A stretch of 60,446 nt of DNA from Spirogloea muscicola (lineage: Eukaryota), in the NCBI GenBank assembly GCA_009602725.1, contig WELB01000032.1:46508-106953 (forward strand). The letters are read 5' to 3'. Position numbers and translations under genes: made by a program. This document shows, piece after piece, positions 48,571-60,148 of the stretch; the stretch's first letter is position 1, and each line of letters begins with the position of its first letter. The notes under the pieces are model-generated. The model had not been told where the DNA came from. It saw nothing but the letters and a program-made list of their open reading frames with translations, and ran no database searches.

Positions 48571-49671
48571 AGAGGATGACGGTCGGGTCGCTGTGAGGTG
48601 TCTTCTGATGTGCGGATCCCCTCAACGAGTGTATCATGGCCTCCACGGCTATTCATGGATGACCACCAATAGCATCACACTGCTGGCATTCAATCGTTGA
48701 CCTGTGCACTCTGCTCAGTGCCTGTCAGTACTCGCCTTTTACAGCCTCAGTCTCCAGATTGCAGCCTGCTTAGTTACTGCACGCACTTCATGGTGCTTCT
48801 GGCTGCTTGCAAAAAGCAATTTGCTTACGGGTTTCCCTTGGCCATCTACAGCTGCTTGCTTCTCTAAGGAGCCACCTCTTGTTGCTTCAAATATATATGA
48901 ATGCAGTGGCCTATGCAGTCATCAATGCAGCGGCCTACACAGGTTGCTCAGATTCTGTACCTAGCCTCGCAGGGATCTTGCTACTGGTGTGTAAGCTCAT
49001 CCAAATGGGGCGAGGGCTGTGAAAAGCCAGCCCGGAAGAAATTGACAAGGTCGAAGGGGCCTGAAAGCACTGAGCCTTGCTACTTTGTCAAAGCAACTTA
49101 ACCATTAGCATCAATGGGTTATCAGTTACGCTACTCTTATGTTCTCCTGAGCCTTTGGGTGCTGCCAAGCTGCACTCTAAAGCCCACCAATCCCGCTGCA
49201 CGTATGTTGCACGTTCATGATCGGCCCAACTGCTGTTTTAGCTACTTGCAAGTGCTGTCAATTACTCCTGCATAGTATCGGTCTTTTCGTGCGCAAATAT
49301 GCGGATCACAAGATAGAGTTAGCGTTAGATACAGCCAGACAGCACGTGAGCTGCATGATGGAGGCACGTCTGAGGTGGTTGCAAGACAGCTGCTAGGAGC
49401 TGCTATTTCTCATTGATGACAACCAATATGAACATGTCCTTGGAAGCCCAATACTCGTGCAAATCCAGCAAAAGGTGTGACCATGTCAAAAGATAGCTGC
49501 TGCACATGATGCAAGACCTTGCAGAGTGTACCACAGCCTGGTCACTTCTAGGCAAGCATAGGCGGGGCTCACTTCATGTACATCTGCAGCAGCCCTTGCA
49601 GCCTCAAGTGCAAATCAATGAATAAATCAGGTCGATGGCGTTTGAGGCACAAGCCTTTCTGAGATATGGAT

Positions 49672-50529
49672 CTAGCCGGCGCAATCAGCGGGCGCTGTGA
49701 TGGGGTTGATGCACTTGCCGTTGCAGCAAAGCGGCGTGGGGAACTGGCACGCAAGTGGGCCTGTGTACGCGGTTTTGGAGCACCGTATGGCCGTTGGCGG
49801 GCTCTTGCCTGTTGCCTTCTTGGGAGGTGGGTGCTTTGCCGTCGAGACCTTCTTTGGCGGCGGCGGGTGCTTTTTCGTGAAGGCCTTCTTCAGCGGCGGC
49901 GGGTGCTTCGCCGTCGTCGCCTTTTTGGGCGAAGGCGGGTGCTTCGCCGTCGTCGCCTTCTTTGGCGGAGGCGGGTGCTTCGCCGTCGTCGCCTTCTTTG
50001 GCGGCTGGTGCTTCGCTGCCACCTTAGCTGGCGGGGGCTTCTTCACGGCCAGCAGCGAGCGGCCGAGCGCGTGCGATGTCGAGCCCGTGGCCTCATATGC
50101 TGCAGCTGCTCACAGAACATCAAGCTCGGACGCGTGAGCGCCTGCCTAAAGTGGATGCGTTATTCACAAGCGGGCTCCAAGCAACAAAGATGCCAGTGTC
50201 TATGGACATTGTTGCAGTAACGGCGTTCATGGCGCAGGGCGATGCTGCTCGCATGGCCGCCATTAACCAGGCATCCTAGCCCAGTGGAAGCCTGCGGCGA
50301 TCGTCGCGATGGGCGAGAAGGCTCACTTGAGCGCTCACCGCCGCCATCGCAGCGCAGTGCAGTGGTCTATTGCACAAGACTGCCTTACACGCAGGCCCGA
50401 GGAGCGCTGCTGGATCAGCGGAGCCAGCGCGTGGGTGCGGGAGGCGCCAAAGGGCTCACCGCAGGTGACGCCGGCGAGGCAGGCGAGCAGCGCCGCCAGC
50501 AGGACGCGGCGCGGCGGCGCGCGCGCCAT
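49672..50529 (-). CDS. Secreted Pro/Lys-rich repeat protein with a C-terminal 6-Cys domain (chimeric extensin/AGP-like)
   Basis: Exon 50529-50460 encodes a signal-peptide-like MARAPPRRVLLAALLACLAGVTC. Exon 50105-49672 has RSLL, about five PKKATTAKHPPP repeats and C-x9-C-x6-CC-x3-C-x9-C. Confidence 0.75.
49815..50040 (-). repeat. 36-bp coding tandem repeat (PKKATTAKHPPP)
   Basis: Recurring gggtgcttcgccgtcgtcgccttctttggcgg units. Confidence 0.9.
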
Positions 50530-50729
50530 GATCCTGGCCGCCGGCGGCTCTCAGCTCCGAGGTGCCGGCACGCCGACGTGAGAACGGTGGAGCCCGTGAT
50601 GAGAGATCCCAATCAACCCCAGTGGACAGCCTCTAGGCCTCCGTCGCCGCTGCAACGGCGCAGAGATGCTGGCCCGCCGCTGCCGCCGCCGCCGCCCGCC
50701 GCTTCTGGCGATGGCGGCTCGGTCGCTAG

Positions 50730-51040
50730 TAGCTCTTCCAAAGGCGGCGAGGGCTGTGAAAATCCAGCCCGAATACGAAATGACGATAGCTCTTCCTAGC
50801 GTAAGGCTATGGCTTTTTTGGGTCACAGCCACCAGTCAATTTGGAAGCGCAGTTTCTTTTGGGTCCCACATTCCCTCCACATCGTTAGTCTCTCTCTGCA
50901 TTTGCATCTACTGACGAGAGGTTACTGAGAGTTCGCTTACTGCTGGATCAGTCCTTAGCACTCCGACTCCTTCAGACCTTGTCCATTCTTTGGGCTGGCC
51001 TCTCCCAGCCACCAGTTAATCTGGCCGCGCTTGCTTCTCT
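50730..51040. mobile_element. Three CRE-like 3' end fragments upstream of the Pro-rich gene
   Basis: 50730-50775 (-), 50810-50860 (+) and 50880-51040 (+; LHLLTRGY* plus hairpin). Confidence 0.75.
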
Positions 51041-51549
51041 TCCCTGGCCGGGCTTTTCCCTCTCCGTCAGTCAGCGCCGGGTCGCCCGAGGGCAGGAAGC
51101 TGCGCGCCATGCGCCGCCCCGCCGGTGCGTACGGCCGCGGGGTCCGCTGCCGCCAGGGGGGCCGTCGGCGGAGCCAGGGTGCGCTCAGGGCCTGGTCGCT
51201 CCGGACTCCTGGTGATCTCAGGGTGGCCCGCGACCGCCCGCTTTGTCGCGACGTGCCCGGTGCCCGCGCGCCCAGCTCGCCAGCCCGACGATGGCCGCCG
51301 CGCCGCCGACGGCCGTGCCGCCAGCTGGTGGTCGGCTGGCCGGCCCGCGCGCCGGTCGCCTCGGAGCCTCAACTCGTGCCGGATTCCACACGGTAGCAGA
51401 TCCCCCTAAAAACAGCCCTCGCCGCCAATAGATCGCTTCACAGTCACCACTTCGTGAGCTGTGTACCAACGGCCAGCCCTACGGAATGAGGATCTTCCAA
51501 GGGCGCCACGGCTGCGCAAATGGAAAGGGGGGGGGAGAGCCGCGAAAGA

Positions 51550-52850
51550 GAAGTGGTTCTCTCAATGGGGGCAAGGGCTTTGAAAAGCCAGCCCGAAAAA
51601 GTTGACGGAGTTGAGCTGCGAAAATGTCAGCCCCGAACTAAGTGGACAAAAGATTCAGAGGGAGCCTGCCGCTAAACTGACGGCTACAATAAAACCTAAT
51701 TCTTCGATACTAATAATCAGTTGCGCCGCTGGAATCGGTGCCGACAGACCGGTGGAGCCGCCTGCCAGAAGACGAGAGAGCCAGTGGCCTCTTCCCTCCA
51801 CCCGTCCTGACATGGCATTTTCAGGCCCCTCCATCATTGTGGCCAGTTCGACCTCTTCGTCAATTCTTTTCGGAAGAAAGGATTTTCGGGCTGGCTTTTC
51901 AGCGCAGGTGTACCGCATGCGCTTGGCCGTCTCGCTGCAGCGGTCTATGGCTTCCACTTCCAGGAGCCTAGCTTCTCTTACCTGAGGCTGCTTAGCAGAA
52001 GAAGTGGCTCTCCCAAAGGGGGCAAGGGCTGTGAGAAGCCAGCCCGAAAAGAATTGACAAGGTTCGAAGGGGCCAAACTACGAGCTAAGCAGCGACTGCG
52101 GGGGTTAGTGAGTTTGTTTCTTGTCGTGCTTGTTTTTCTTAGCGCTTCCCCTGGCCCCCTTCTCGTACTTTGTTCCTTCTTTTTTGGGCTGGCTTTTCCA
52201 GCCCCTATCCTCAATGTGCGAGCCCTTCATCGTTTCTATGGCCCGCGCGCTGCACCTGCGTTCCGGCAGAGCCCTCGCTGCTGCCTCTGGCTCTGGCCAG
52301 GGGACCCGCTTCCAGGAACCCAGTCTCTCTGACCTGAGGCTGCTTAGCAGGGGTTACTGAGTGCTTCGTAGCTGCTTCGTTTCTTTTCTGTGCTTGTTGT
52401 TCTTCGTACTTCCCCTGGCCCCTTCTCGTCCTTTGTTCATTCTTTTCTGGGCTGGCTTTTTCCAGCCCCTATCCTCAATGGGCGAGCCCTTCTCTCGCTG
52501 CCTCTGGCTCTGGCCAGGGGACCCGCTTCCAGGAGCCCAGCTTCTCTGACCTAAGGCTGCTTAGCAGGGGTTACTGAGTGCTTCGTAGCTGCTTTGTTTC
52601 TTTCTGTGCTTGTTTCTCTTAGCGCTTCCCCTGGCCCCCTTCTCGTACTTCCTTCATACTTTTTGGGCTGGCTTCTCCAGCCCCTATCCTGTGTGGGCGA
52701 GCCCGGTCGTCTTTTCACAGCCCTTGCCCCCATTGGGAAAACCACTTTCTTCAGAAGATGGAGAGAAGGAAGCTTCCAGGAGAGGGCGGTGGCTGTGAGG
52801 CCAGCCCAAAAGAAAGAGAGCCCTACCTTTCCAGAGGTAGGGCTGTGAAA
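51550..52850. mobile_element. Nested and tandem array of CRE-like 3' ends (about 7 copies)
   Basis: Three head-to-tail plus copies at about 52075-52234, 52235-52491 and 52492-52752; the latter two carry SDLRLLSRGY*. Flanked by minus copies at 51550-51610, 51998-52075 and 52765-52820, and a plus ORF piece VYRMRLAVSLQRSMA at 51900-51997. Confidence 0.9.
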
Positions 52851-54065
52851 CCGCCTTGGCGAAGAAGGCCAGGGCCGACCATGACGGAAAGAGGCGCGGT
52901 ATGCATGAAGCAAGGCCAAGCAGAGCCAATACACTGCACACAGGAAGGGCGCGAGAGAGAGAAGGCGCGCGGTGCGCAAGATTCTAAAAAATGGTCAAGT
53001 CAAGCCATTACATTGATCAGACAAAATTATTGCAAAAATGTGACTATACGAAGCGAAAGCCCTATGCTAAGGTGGCTGATGTAACAAAGGAGAAGAAGCA
53101 GCTCCTCTGACGCGGGCAGGGCTCTTAATGGCCAGCCAGTAGAATGAATGACAAGGGAGTGCAGACGGGACAACACAAAGCGGAGTGTGAGGCAACAGTT
53201 GCGTGTGACAAGGGAATGAGTGTGTACTAAGAGATGGAGGGCCTGTGTGGCCATTTACAAAGGCAAGCACATTGACAAATGTACGTCACCTGCTGCTAAG
53301 CAGACCCGCCCAGTAACCACGAGTCAGCACATGGAGGTCGCTAATTGATGCCAGTATACCGGACGGCAATGGACAAGCTCTTGAGCTACCAGCTGAGGCT
53401 TGACCAGCTTTCTGATGCAATCACACATCAACCACTTGGCTGAGTTTCGTGATTGTTGATGACAGATCTGGCAACAGCCCAGAGGCCAAGACAGCAGGGG
53501 CAGCTTGATATATCTCTGCAGTTCAGCCAAAGATCACGAGGCCCGTCCTCAGATGCTCAGATGATTGGTTTAAGTTGTGTCAAGTAGGTTCAAGATTCTT
53601 CCTATATATGCAAGGACTTCCTTAACCAACGACGCTAGCATTCAAGCAGACTTTATTTGTGCAGCAAGAAAAGCTTAGAGGTGGTGCATGGATGTCACCT
53701 TAAGGCGACATGAATCACTCCTTCCTTTCTAGAGCAAGGTGTGCAGATCGCCAAGCCCAAATGCAGGTTGTGCGGCTAAGGACGAGGAAGGACTACCCAG
53801 GTGTACAGCAACATCAGAAAGCAAGCACAGAATGAGATTGGAATGGTCAATGGTACAGTGTGAAATTGTGCAATAATCGACAAAACCCAAAGAGCCCGAA
53901 GGTGTTCAGGTTCGCCAAGGCTCTCACACTCCCTGCCGGAACGAACCGCTGGTTTGACCTCCACCAGCATATTCTGGCCGAAGCGGCACCACGTTCTGCA
54001 CCAGTTCAGGTCAAGGTGTCTACTACGAGCGATGAAGGCCTCTACAAAGCAGAGTGCCTCATCTC

Positions 54066-54174
54066 AATCCACACGCCTTGTTGCCGCTCCCACCTGCAGG
54101 TTGCAGATTCGCGAATCTGCAACCTGCTGGTGGGAGCGGCAACAAGGCGTGTGGATTCGCGAATCTGCAACCTG
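54066..54174. repeat. 92-bp near-perfect palindrome (54066-54157) plus a repeat of its centre
   Basis: 46-bp arms, no spacer, one mismatch, centred on ttcg|cgaa. gattcgcgaatctgcaacctg recurs at 54154-54174. Confidence 0.95.
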
Positions 54175-54884
54175 GGGCGTACTTGGAGCAACACCGTTCC
54201 TGCCGGGCGCTCCCCCGTGGTCCGTGTAGATTTTTGGCCATAATTGGCAGTCAATTTCCCCATTCATTTGTGAATCCGGACACTGCAGCCATTGCAGACC
54301 GGACACTGCAGCAATCGCAACCCGCTTATCTGTAGGGCTTCTGTTCGTGATTGCTTCCCTCAAATGCACAACCAATCACCACTTTTCTCTGTTGCAGATC
54401 GTGAGGCCCACGCATGCGATGCCCGCCACATTTGTCATCATGCGCACCTGTCTGACACGTTGACTTGCATGCAACCTTAGTCCACTTCCCTCCTCCGTGT
54501 TCCAAACCAGCGCTGGCTCCCCTTACGATGCGGCCTGCCCGTTGAGCAAGCCAGCCGTGCTGCAAATCAATAATGCCCTTATCCGCGCGCCTCCTCTGAA
54601 ACCAGCCACTCTAGCAGGTGCAAATAATCAGGGGGCTCTCGGTGGCAAACAGGCTGGTGGACGCTGCGGGGCGCGTCCGAGTGACGAAAGCCCCAGCCGT
54701 CGGCGGCCTGCAACGGAGGGGGAGGCTTCCTCCAGAGGGCGGGTTGTGGCCAGACAACTGTGGTCCCAGAAAGAGGAAGACGGTTGACATGATCTGGGAG
54801 CGAAGGCGTCAGTGGGGGGCAGAGCGTATGCGCGAGCGACAGCGAGAACCAGAGCGCGGAAGCAACCGGGCGAACGAACAAGCC

Positions 54885-55375
54885 CCTCCAAGAAGAGGCG
54901 ATGGCTGTGACGGCCAGCCCGAGGAGAATGGACAAGGTCCAGTGGAGAGAAGCTCTTTTGAAGCGGAGCAATGGCTGTGATAAACCAGCCCAAGAGAAGG
55001 CGGAGCTCTGCCAAGAAGGCGAAGTGAAACGGCAGCCTCAAGGAGAAGCGCGCAAGGAATGAAAGGGAGGCCAACTGAAGCCAACGCTGTTCAGGCAAAA
55101 GCTGGTGCACAAGGTGGGGCTAAACTAAAGTTGGGGCTGCATGAGAGGGTGTGGACAAGGTCCAAGGGAGTCGGGGAAAGCAAGCCATCCAGGAAAACCA
55201 GTAACACTGTTCGTCCTGGCCATCCACAGCCATCCCCTCTACTGTGCTTAGCGCTTTTGTGGCCCCTTCGTGGTTCATTCCTTTCTTCATTTCCATTTCT
55301 GGGCTGGCCAATCACCGCCATCGCCCTCTACTGGCAGAGTCTTCTCCTCTACTGGAAGTCTGTAAGAGTCTTGTC
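54885..55375. mobile_element. Cluster of about 4 CRE-like 3'UTR fragments upstream of the CHRD gene
   Basis: Minus copies at 54885-54945 and 54950-55000. Plus copy at 55290-55345. Confidence 0.7.
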
Positions 55376-55649
55376 TCAGTGGCACCACCGCGGATGGCTG
55401 CTCCACGACCGGTCAGCAGCTGCAGGTCGGAGTCTCCCGTCACCACGGACGCGCGGCAGGCCGGGCGGCGGGACAGGCGACGGCGGGACAGGCGGCGGCG
55501 GTCGGGGCCGTCACCGGGGCCGTCACTACGCCGATCGGCCGACGCCGGGCCGCCGGGAGGGGGGGGGTGAGGAGGGAGGGCCGNACGGCGCTGGCGCTGG
55601 CGCTAAGGCGGCGGCGGCGCTGGCGCTTCGGCAGCGCGCGCCGGCTCTC

Positions 55650-56904
55650 ATGGTCGCCGCCGCAGTCGCCGCCGCTGTCCTGTTCCTCCTCTCCAGGTGA
55701 GGTCCGGCCCCCCTGTGGCGCTTGCGGTCCTCACAGTGGGGCTCAAAGCCATGCCGCGCTCCTCTCGCCGAGGGCAGGGGCAGCCTCATGTCGAGCTGCG
55801 CCTCGTGGAGTCAGTCTCGACTACGGGGCGAAGACCCAATAGACAGAAACTAGAAGTATGTGCATCTTCACTTACTCAGCTGCTCTTGCTGCATCGGGGG
55901 ACTCGAGTCAACCTCAGGATGGCGAGCCTGTGCTACCATAACACTTATGGCCCGTCCAAACGCGTCACTGAGCACCTTACAGCGCACGGTGGAGTCCCTA
56001 TGCTGAGCCTAGCTGCCTGCTCGCTCGACCCGACTGGTGGATGTGGTGTCGTGCAGCTTCCGCGGTGGCGCCACCCAGGCGCTCAAGAACATCTACGTAC
56101 TGAAGCTGTATGGCGCCAACGAGGTCGGCAGCCAGGGCAGCCCTGAAGGGTTCGGCCAGGCTAATGTCACGCTCGATTACACCACCAACTCGATCACCTT
56201 CAACTTCCTCCTGTCCGGACTTTCTGAGCCCACAGGCGCGGGGATATACTTTGGGGATGATTCCCAGGTCGGCCTACAGGTGCGGGCCGGGATCAAGATG
56301 TGTACAGCAGGCCATTAGCTTGTCCAGCAAGATAAATGGCCTATGGAAAGGGGTGGACATGGAGTTGACATGCTAAAAGAAATACAAAGGGAAATGCTTA
56401 GGAGTTGCAGTGATCAAGCTTTGGGCCACTTGATGGTCCAGAGCCTGCCAGAAGCCCTGGAGCTGCTGACACGGAGTGGTTGAGGGTACCGCAGTATCTG
56501 GACTTGATGACCGCCACAACCGAGGTCCAGTCCCCGAGGATGGGTTACTATGTCGTGATTGGCGCAGTGGGCTCAACAGCGAGCACCCTTGACGCGCTCG
56601 TCTCCAACCCATCCAGCTACTACGTCCAGGTCACCACCAGGGAGTACCCGTCAGGTGAGCGTCGGTCAATTGCCCACCGTGCAAAGAACGAGCTCCGTCT
56701 GCTTCGATTCTTGTGGTAGCAGTTAATTGTGAGAGAGGCGCAAAATCCTTCTGCTGAACGTGCCCCATAATCCTCGTGCATTCCACTTCGTCAGGCGCCA
56801 TCCGAGGCCAATTGGTGCAGCCACTCACCGGCGTGTCCATCACTTACTCAGATGCAGCATCGAGCACGTCCAGCTATAGCCAACCCTTAAAGGTGGTACC
56901 TTGA
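55650..56904 (+). CDS. Secreted CHRD-domain protein
   Basis: Exons 55650-55696, 56057-56279, 56495-56654, 56795-56904. Hydrophobic leader, LYGANEV..GSPEGFGQA..LSGLSEPT..NPSSYYVQVTTREYPSGAIRGQL. The start is uncertain because of an N at 55584. Confidence 0.85.
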
Positions 56905-57229
56905 CACTCCTGATTCTCAGGGGAGACAGAACAACAATGCTTTTAACATTTACACTGGCAGAAGCATTGGCGTGCAGGGCCAACAAGTTGTGGAAGTCAT
57001 CTTGCTAGCACACCACAACTCTCGCCCAAAGCTGAGCCTTTGTAGACTGACTTTCTCCCTCTGCTATTCTTTAGACTTTACTAGAAGACGTGGTCTCAAG
57101 CAGATCATCAGCCTTTAGGCCTGCGCTTCCACAAGCTACCAAAGATTTAGATGTTCTCACATCGGCCAGGGCCCCTGGGGACTGTGCACCCACTGCCTGG
57201 CAAAGAATGAAGCAGCAAGTGAAAGCGGC

Positions 57230-60148
57230 TCAAGTCCTGTTGAGTGGTTTCTCAACAACGCAGGTCAGGTAGCTGTAAGGGGTCGGCTTTTTCAGTGTGC
57301 CGTTGCCGGGCTTGCGAGTGACATTGAAGTACAGGTGCTTGTACTTCAAGTTCTCAATCAACCTGATGTAAAGGGGCATCTCATTGACCGGCTGGTAGAA
57401 GAGCTCTACCCAGATGATGCCCCCTGGCCGGAGGATCCTGTCCCACTCGTACATCAGCTCCTCGAATTCAATCACCTTGATATGCCGCAGGCTGCTGCTG
57501 CTGTGCACCACGTCCAGCGTGCCGTCGAAGAATGGCAGGCGGGCCTTGTTGGGGATGTGCAGCGGGATCAGGCCTCGCAACGCGATTGTCTCCATGTATG
57601 GGAGCCCCAGCGTGTCCTTATTGAAAGCCGTCTCCTTGTTGCGCTGGGTGGTGACGACGGTGATGTTCCAGCGGGACATGCGGGCTGCGAAGCTACCTGA
57701 CCTCCCCCCAAAGTCCAGGCCAATACGCAGAGTGCCCTTCTTGATCCTCACAACATCCTTCATCGGGATCACACCTGCATTGGAGACGTACATATGAGCA
57801 ACAGCGCACGAGGCTATCGACTGGAAAGAGGAGCAGCCCTTGAGGATGTCTTTGCGTGTGTCAAACAATCACTTGGCAGCAGTAGTCCACCTCAGAATCT
57901 GTAGCCTGACAGTCCGTTTGAACAGCTTCGGAAGAACAATGTGCTTACCATTGGCCCTGGATCTCCAACGCATGAACTCGAGGGTCATGTTGAAGCAGTT
58001 GAGGCAGTCTCCAGTCTTGCGCTCGTTCAGGCATGAAAAGGACTTGCACTCGTGGTGATCCCATCGAACGTTGAGATCGTCAAGAGCCTCCTGAGCCCAG
58101 AGGCACTCTGGCTGCGGCAGTGGCTCCGTGTACGTCTCCGGCATGACTGCAAAGCACCGTCTGCAGGCAAGCATAGAGGAAGAAGGCCAGAGTGGTGGCA
58201 AGGCTGACTTGCAATAAGGTCACATGTTGAAATGCATGCAACCTCCTATGCCAATATCTTGAGACAACATACTAATTGTTGGAAAGGTTTCAGTAATTGG
58301 CACGGGTCCTAGCTGCTCACATTGTCGACAACATGACCAATTTCACAGTACTTGCAAAAAGACTTGCGTGGAAAGTCTAGTTATCATATGTCAACCATGT
58401 CTTCAAGCTCCACCAGAGCAGGCGAATGCTGACCTTCGAGGCAGACTGAAGCAACCTTCCTCAAATATGAGGCTCTGGACAAAGAACCAATCGTTTGGAC
58501 AAACGTCCCCAACAGTGTAGTCAAGATACTGCGCAGGAAAGGAATTAGTGTGAGAGACTACTCATCTTGGAGTAGTATCCAAGATGCCAAATGGTGTCTC
58601 TTCTTGCACTCTCAACTCTTGCACAGCCAGGATGCACGTGGCTGAAGTTCCTAGTGTCTACTCTATCCCTATCTGTATCAATCGACGACTCTGATCAAAG
58701 TTGTGCAATCTGAGCTTGAAGCACAAATACCTGCTGGAGCTCCTCCTGCGTGGCATTGCAAGAGGATCCACCAATGGAAGACGTTGCCAAAAGACCAGTT
58801 GCATTGCTGGCGCTGTGGCACTCAGCAATTGCTTCGTTGGCAGCAGCCATCACCTTCTGGATGCTCAGGGTGCGCTCATCCTGCACACGGCACGCGGTAG
58901 AGCGAGTTAGCCAATTGTAAGTTGCAAAATCACGCACACCTATCGTAATGGATGCCCCTCCTTGAGTACTCTTTGAGATTTCGATCAATCAGAGACTCCT
59001 CAATAACCAGTCGCTCTACAGGAGGGGTAACAATGAGTCTAACCCCATGCGGGTTAGAGTAGAGCATGTCGCACCTTGAAAGAGTTGACAGCTCTGTCTT
59101 CCTCCGACTCTTTCTTCCTTGTGTCATTCTTGGGGGCAGCTTGAGATTGCCACAGGACCTGTGCACCAGCACGTACTCAGCTTTCTCAATGAGCACTCTA
59201 GCCTATAAGTGGACGCTAAGGCTCACAGTGTTGGGAAAGATGACGCCATCGTCATAAGGACTGGAGCGTGGTTGACATTGCAGAAAACCTATCCTGCAGG
59301 CAATCCTAGAAGACGGAGTCTGGCGTGTGGATTCAGGATCCAGATCCATAAGCTTATGGTCCAAGGCAGCCAATCCCTCTAGCTTGAGCTGCAAAAGCTC
59401 CAACTTATTACTATGGGAAGCCTGTACCTGGTATGTGAATTTGAGCTTCTCAATCTTCTTCTCCCCGTCTTTGACCAGCTTGTCCAGGCGCTGTATCTCG
59501 GCATCCTTGCCAGAGCAGTCTCCCCCCATGCCCGGCGCTGCAAGCTTTGATGCAGAGCCTCCAGAGTCTGGCACACACAGTCGACGGGGACTGAGAAACG
59601 TTTTGGCCTTTGGGAGTGGAAGTCAAAAAGTCGCAATGAACTTGGTGTGAGCCTTGAGACCACATCTGAGCTTCACACTGTCCGAAGGTTAGAGAGCAGG
59701 CCAGTCAGGGCTGTCCACCTAGCCGACACAAACATTGAACGTGATGAAGTTGTACTAGGCTTTTGCAGTTGGCTTTTGCAGACTACACTAACTACATAAC
59801 AAGACAATTGGCAATAGCACTGGTGCTAGTGGGATGATAATTTGACTGGCATTCGTGGATTGACAGGTCAAGAGTCACATCATTGCTCAGGAATGGACCT
59901 TGAAGTTGTTTGTTGTCGGCTTCTAGCCGAGCAACTGCTTGCTGCAACCGGCTGAGCTCCGCGCCGTCTACCTCGGCCTGCTGCCTTCGGGCCACATCTT
60001 CCTTGGACTGAACATCACCCTGCTGCTGGACCTCCAGCTCCTTGCGGACGTAGCGCAACTCCACCGCGCAGTCATCTGAGGTCTTCTTGAGAAGCTCAAT
60101 CTTCTGCTGCCGAGCATCAATTCCATCCTTCAACTCCTGCACACTCAC
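57230..60148 (-). CDS. SAM-dependent methyltransferase (Methyltransf_29/At1g29790-like) with a coiled-coil N-terminal region; 5' end not resolved
   Basis: Exons 58880-58731, 58528-58434, 58160-57949, 57774-57230, plus further upstream exons to at least 60148. Motifs CPNDW..GCFSLPRRRC, RIGLDFGGRSGSFAARM, RLPFFDGTLDVVH, YEWDRILRPGG. Confidence 0.9.

Noticed and set aside
52075..52752. Possible CRISPR-like array
   Set aside because: Units are 160-260 bp retroelement ends with no unique spacers, in a eukaryotic context with no cas genes.
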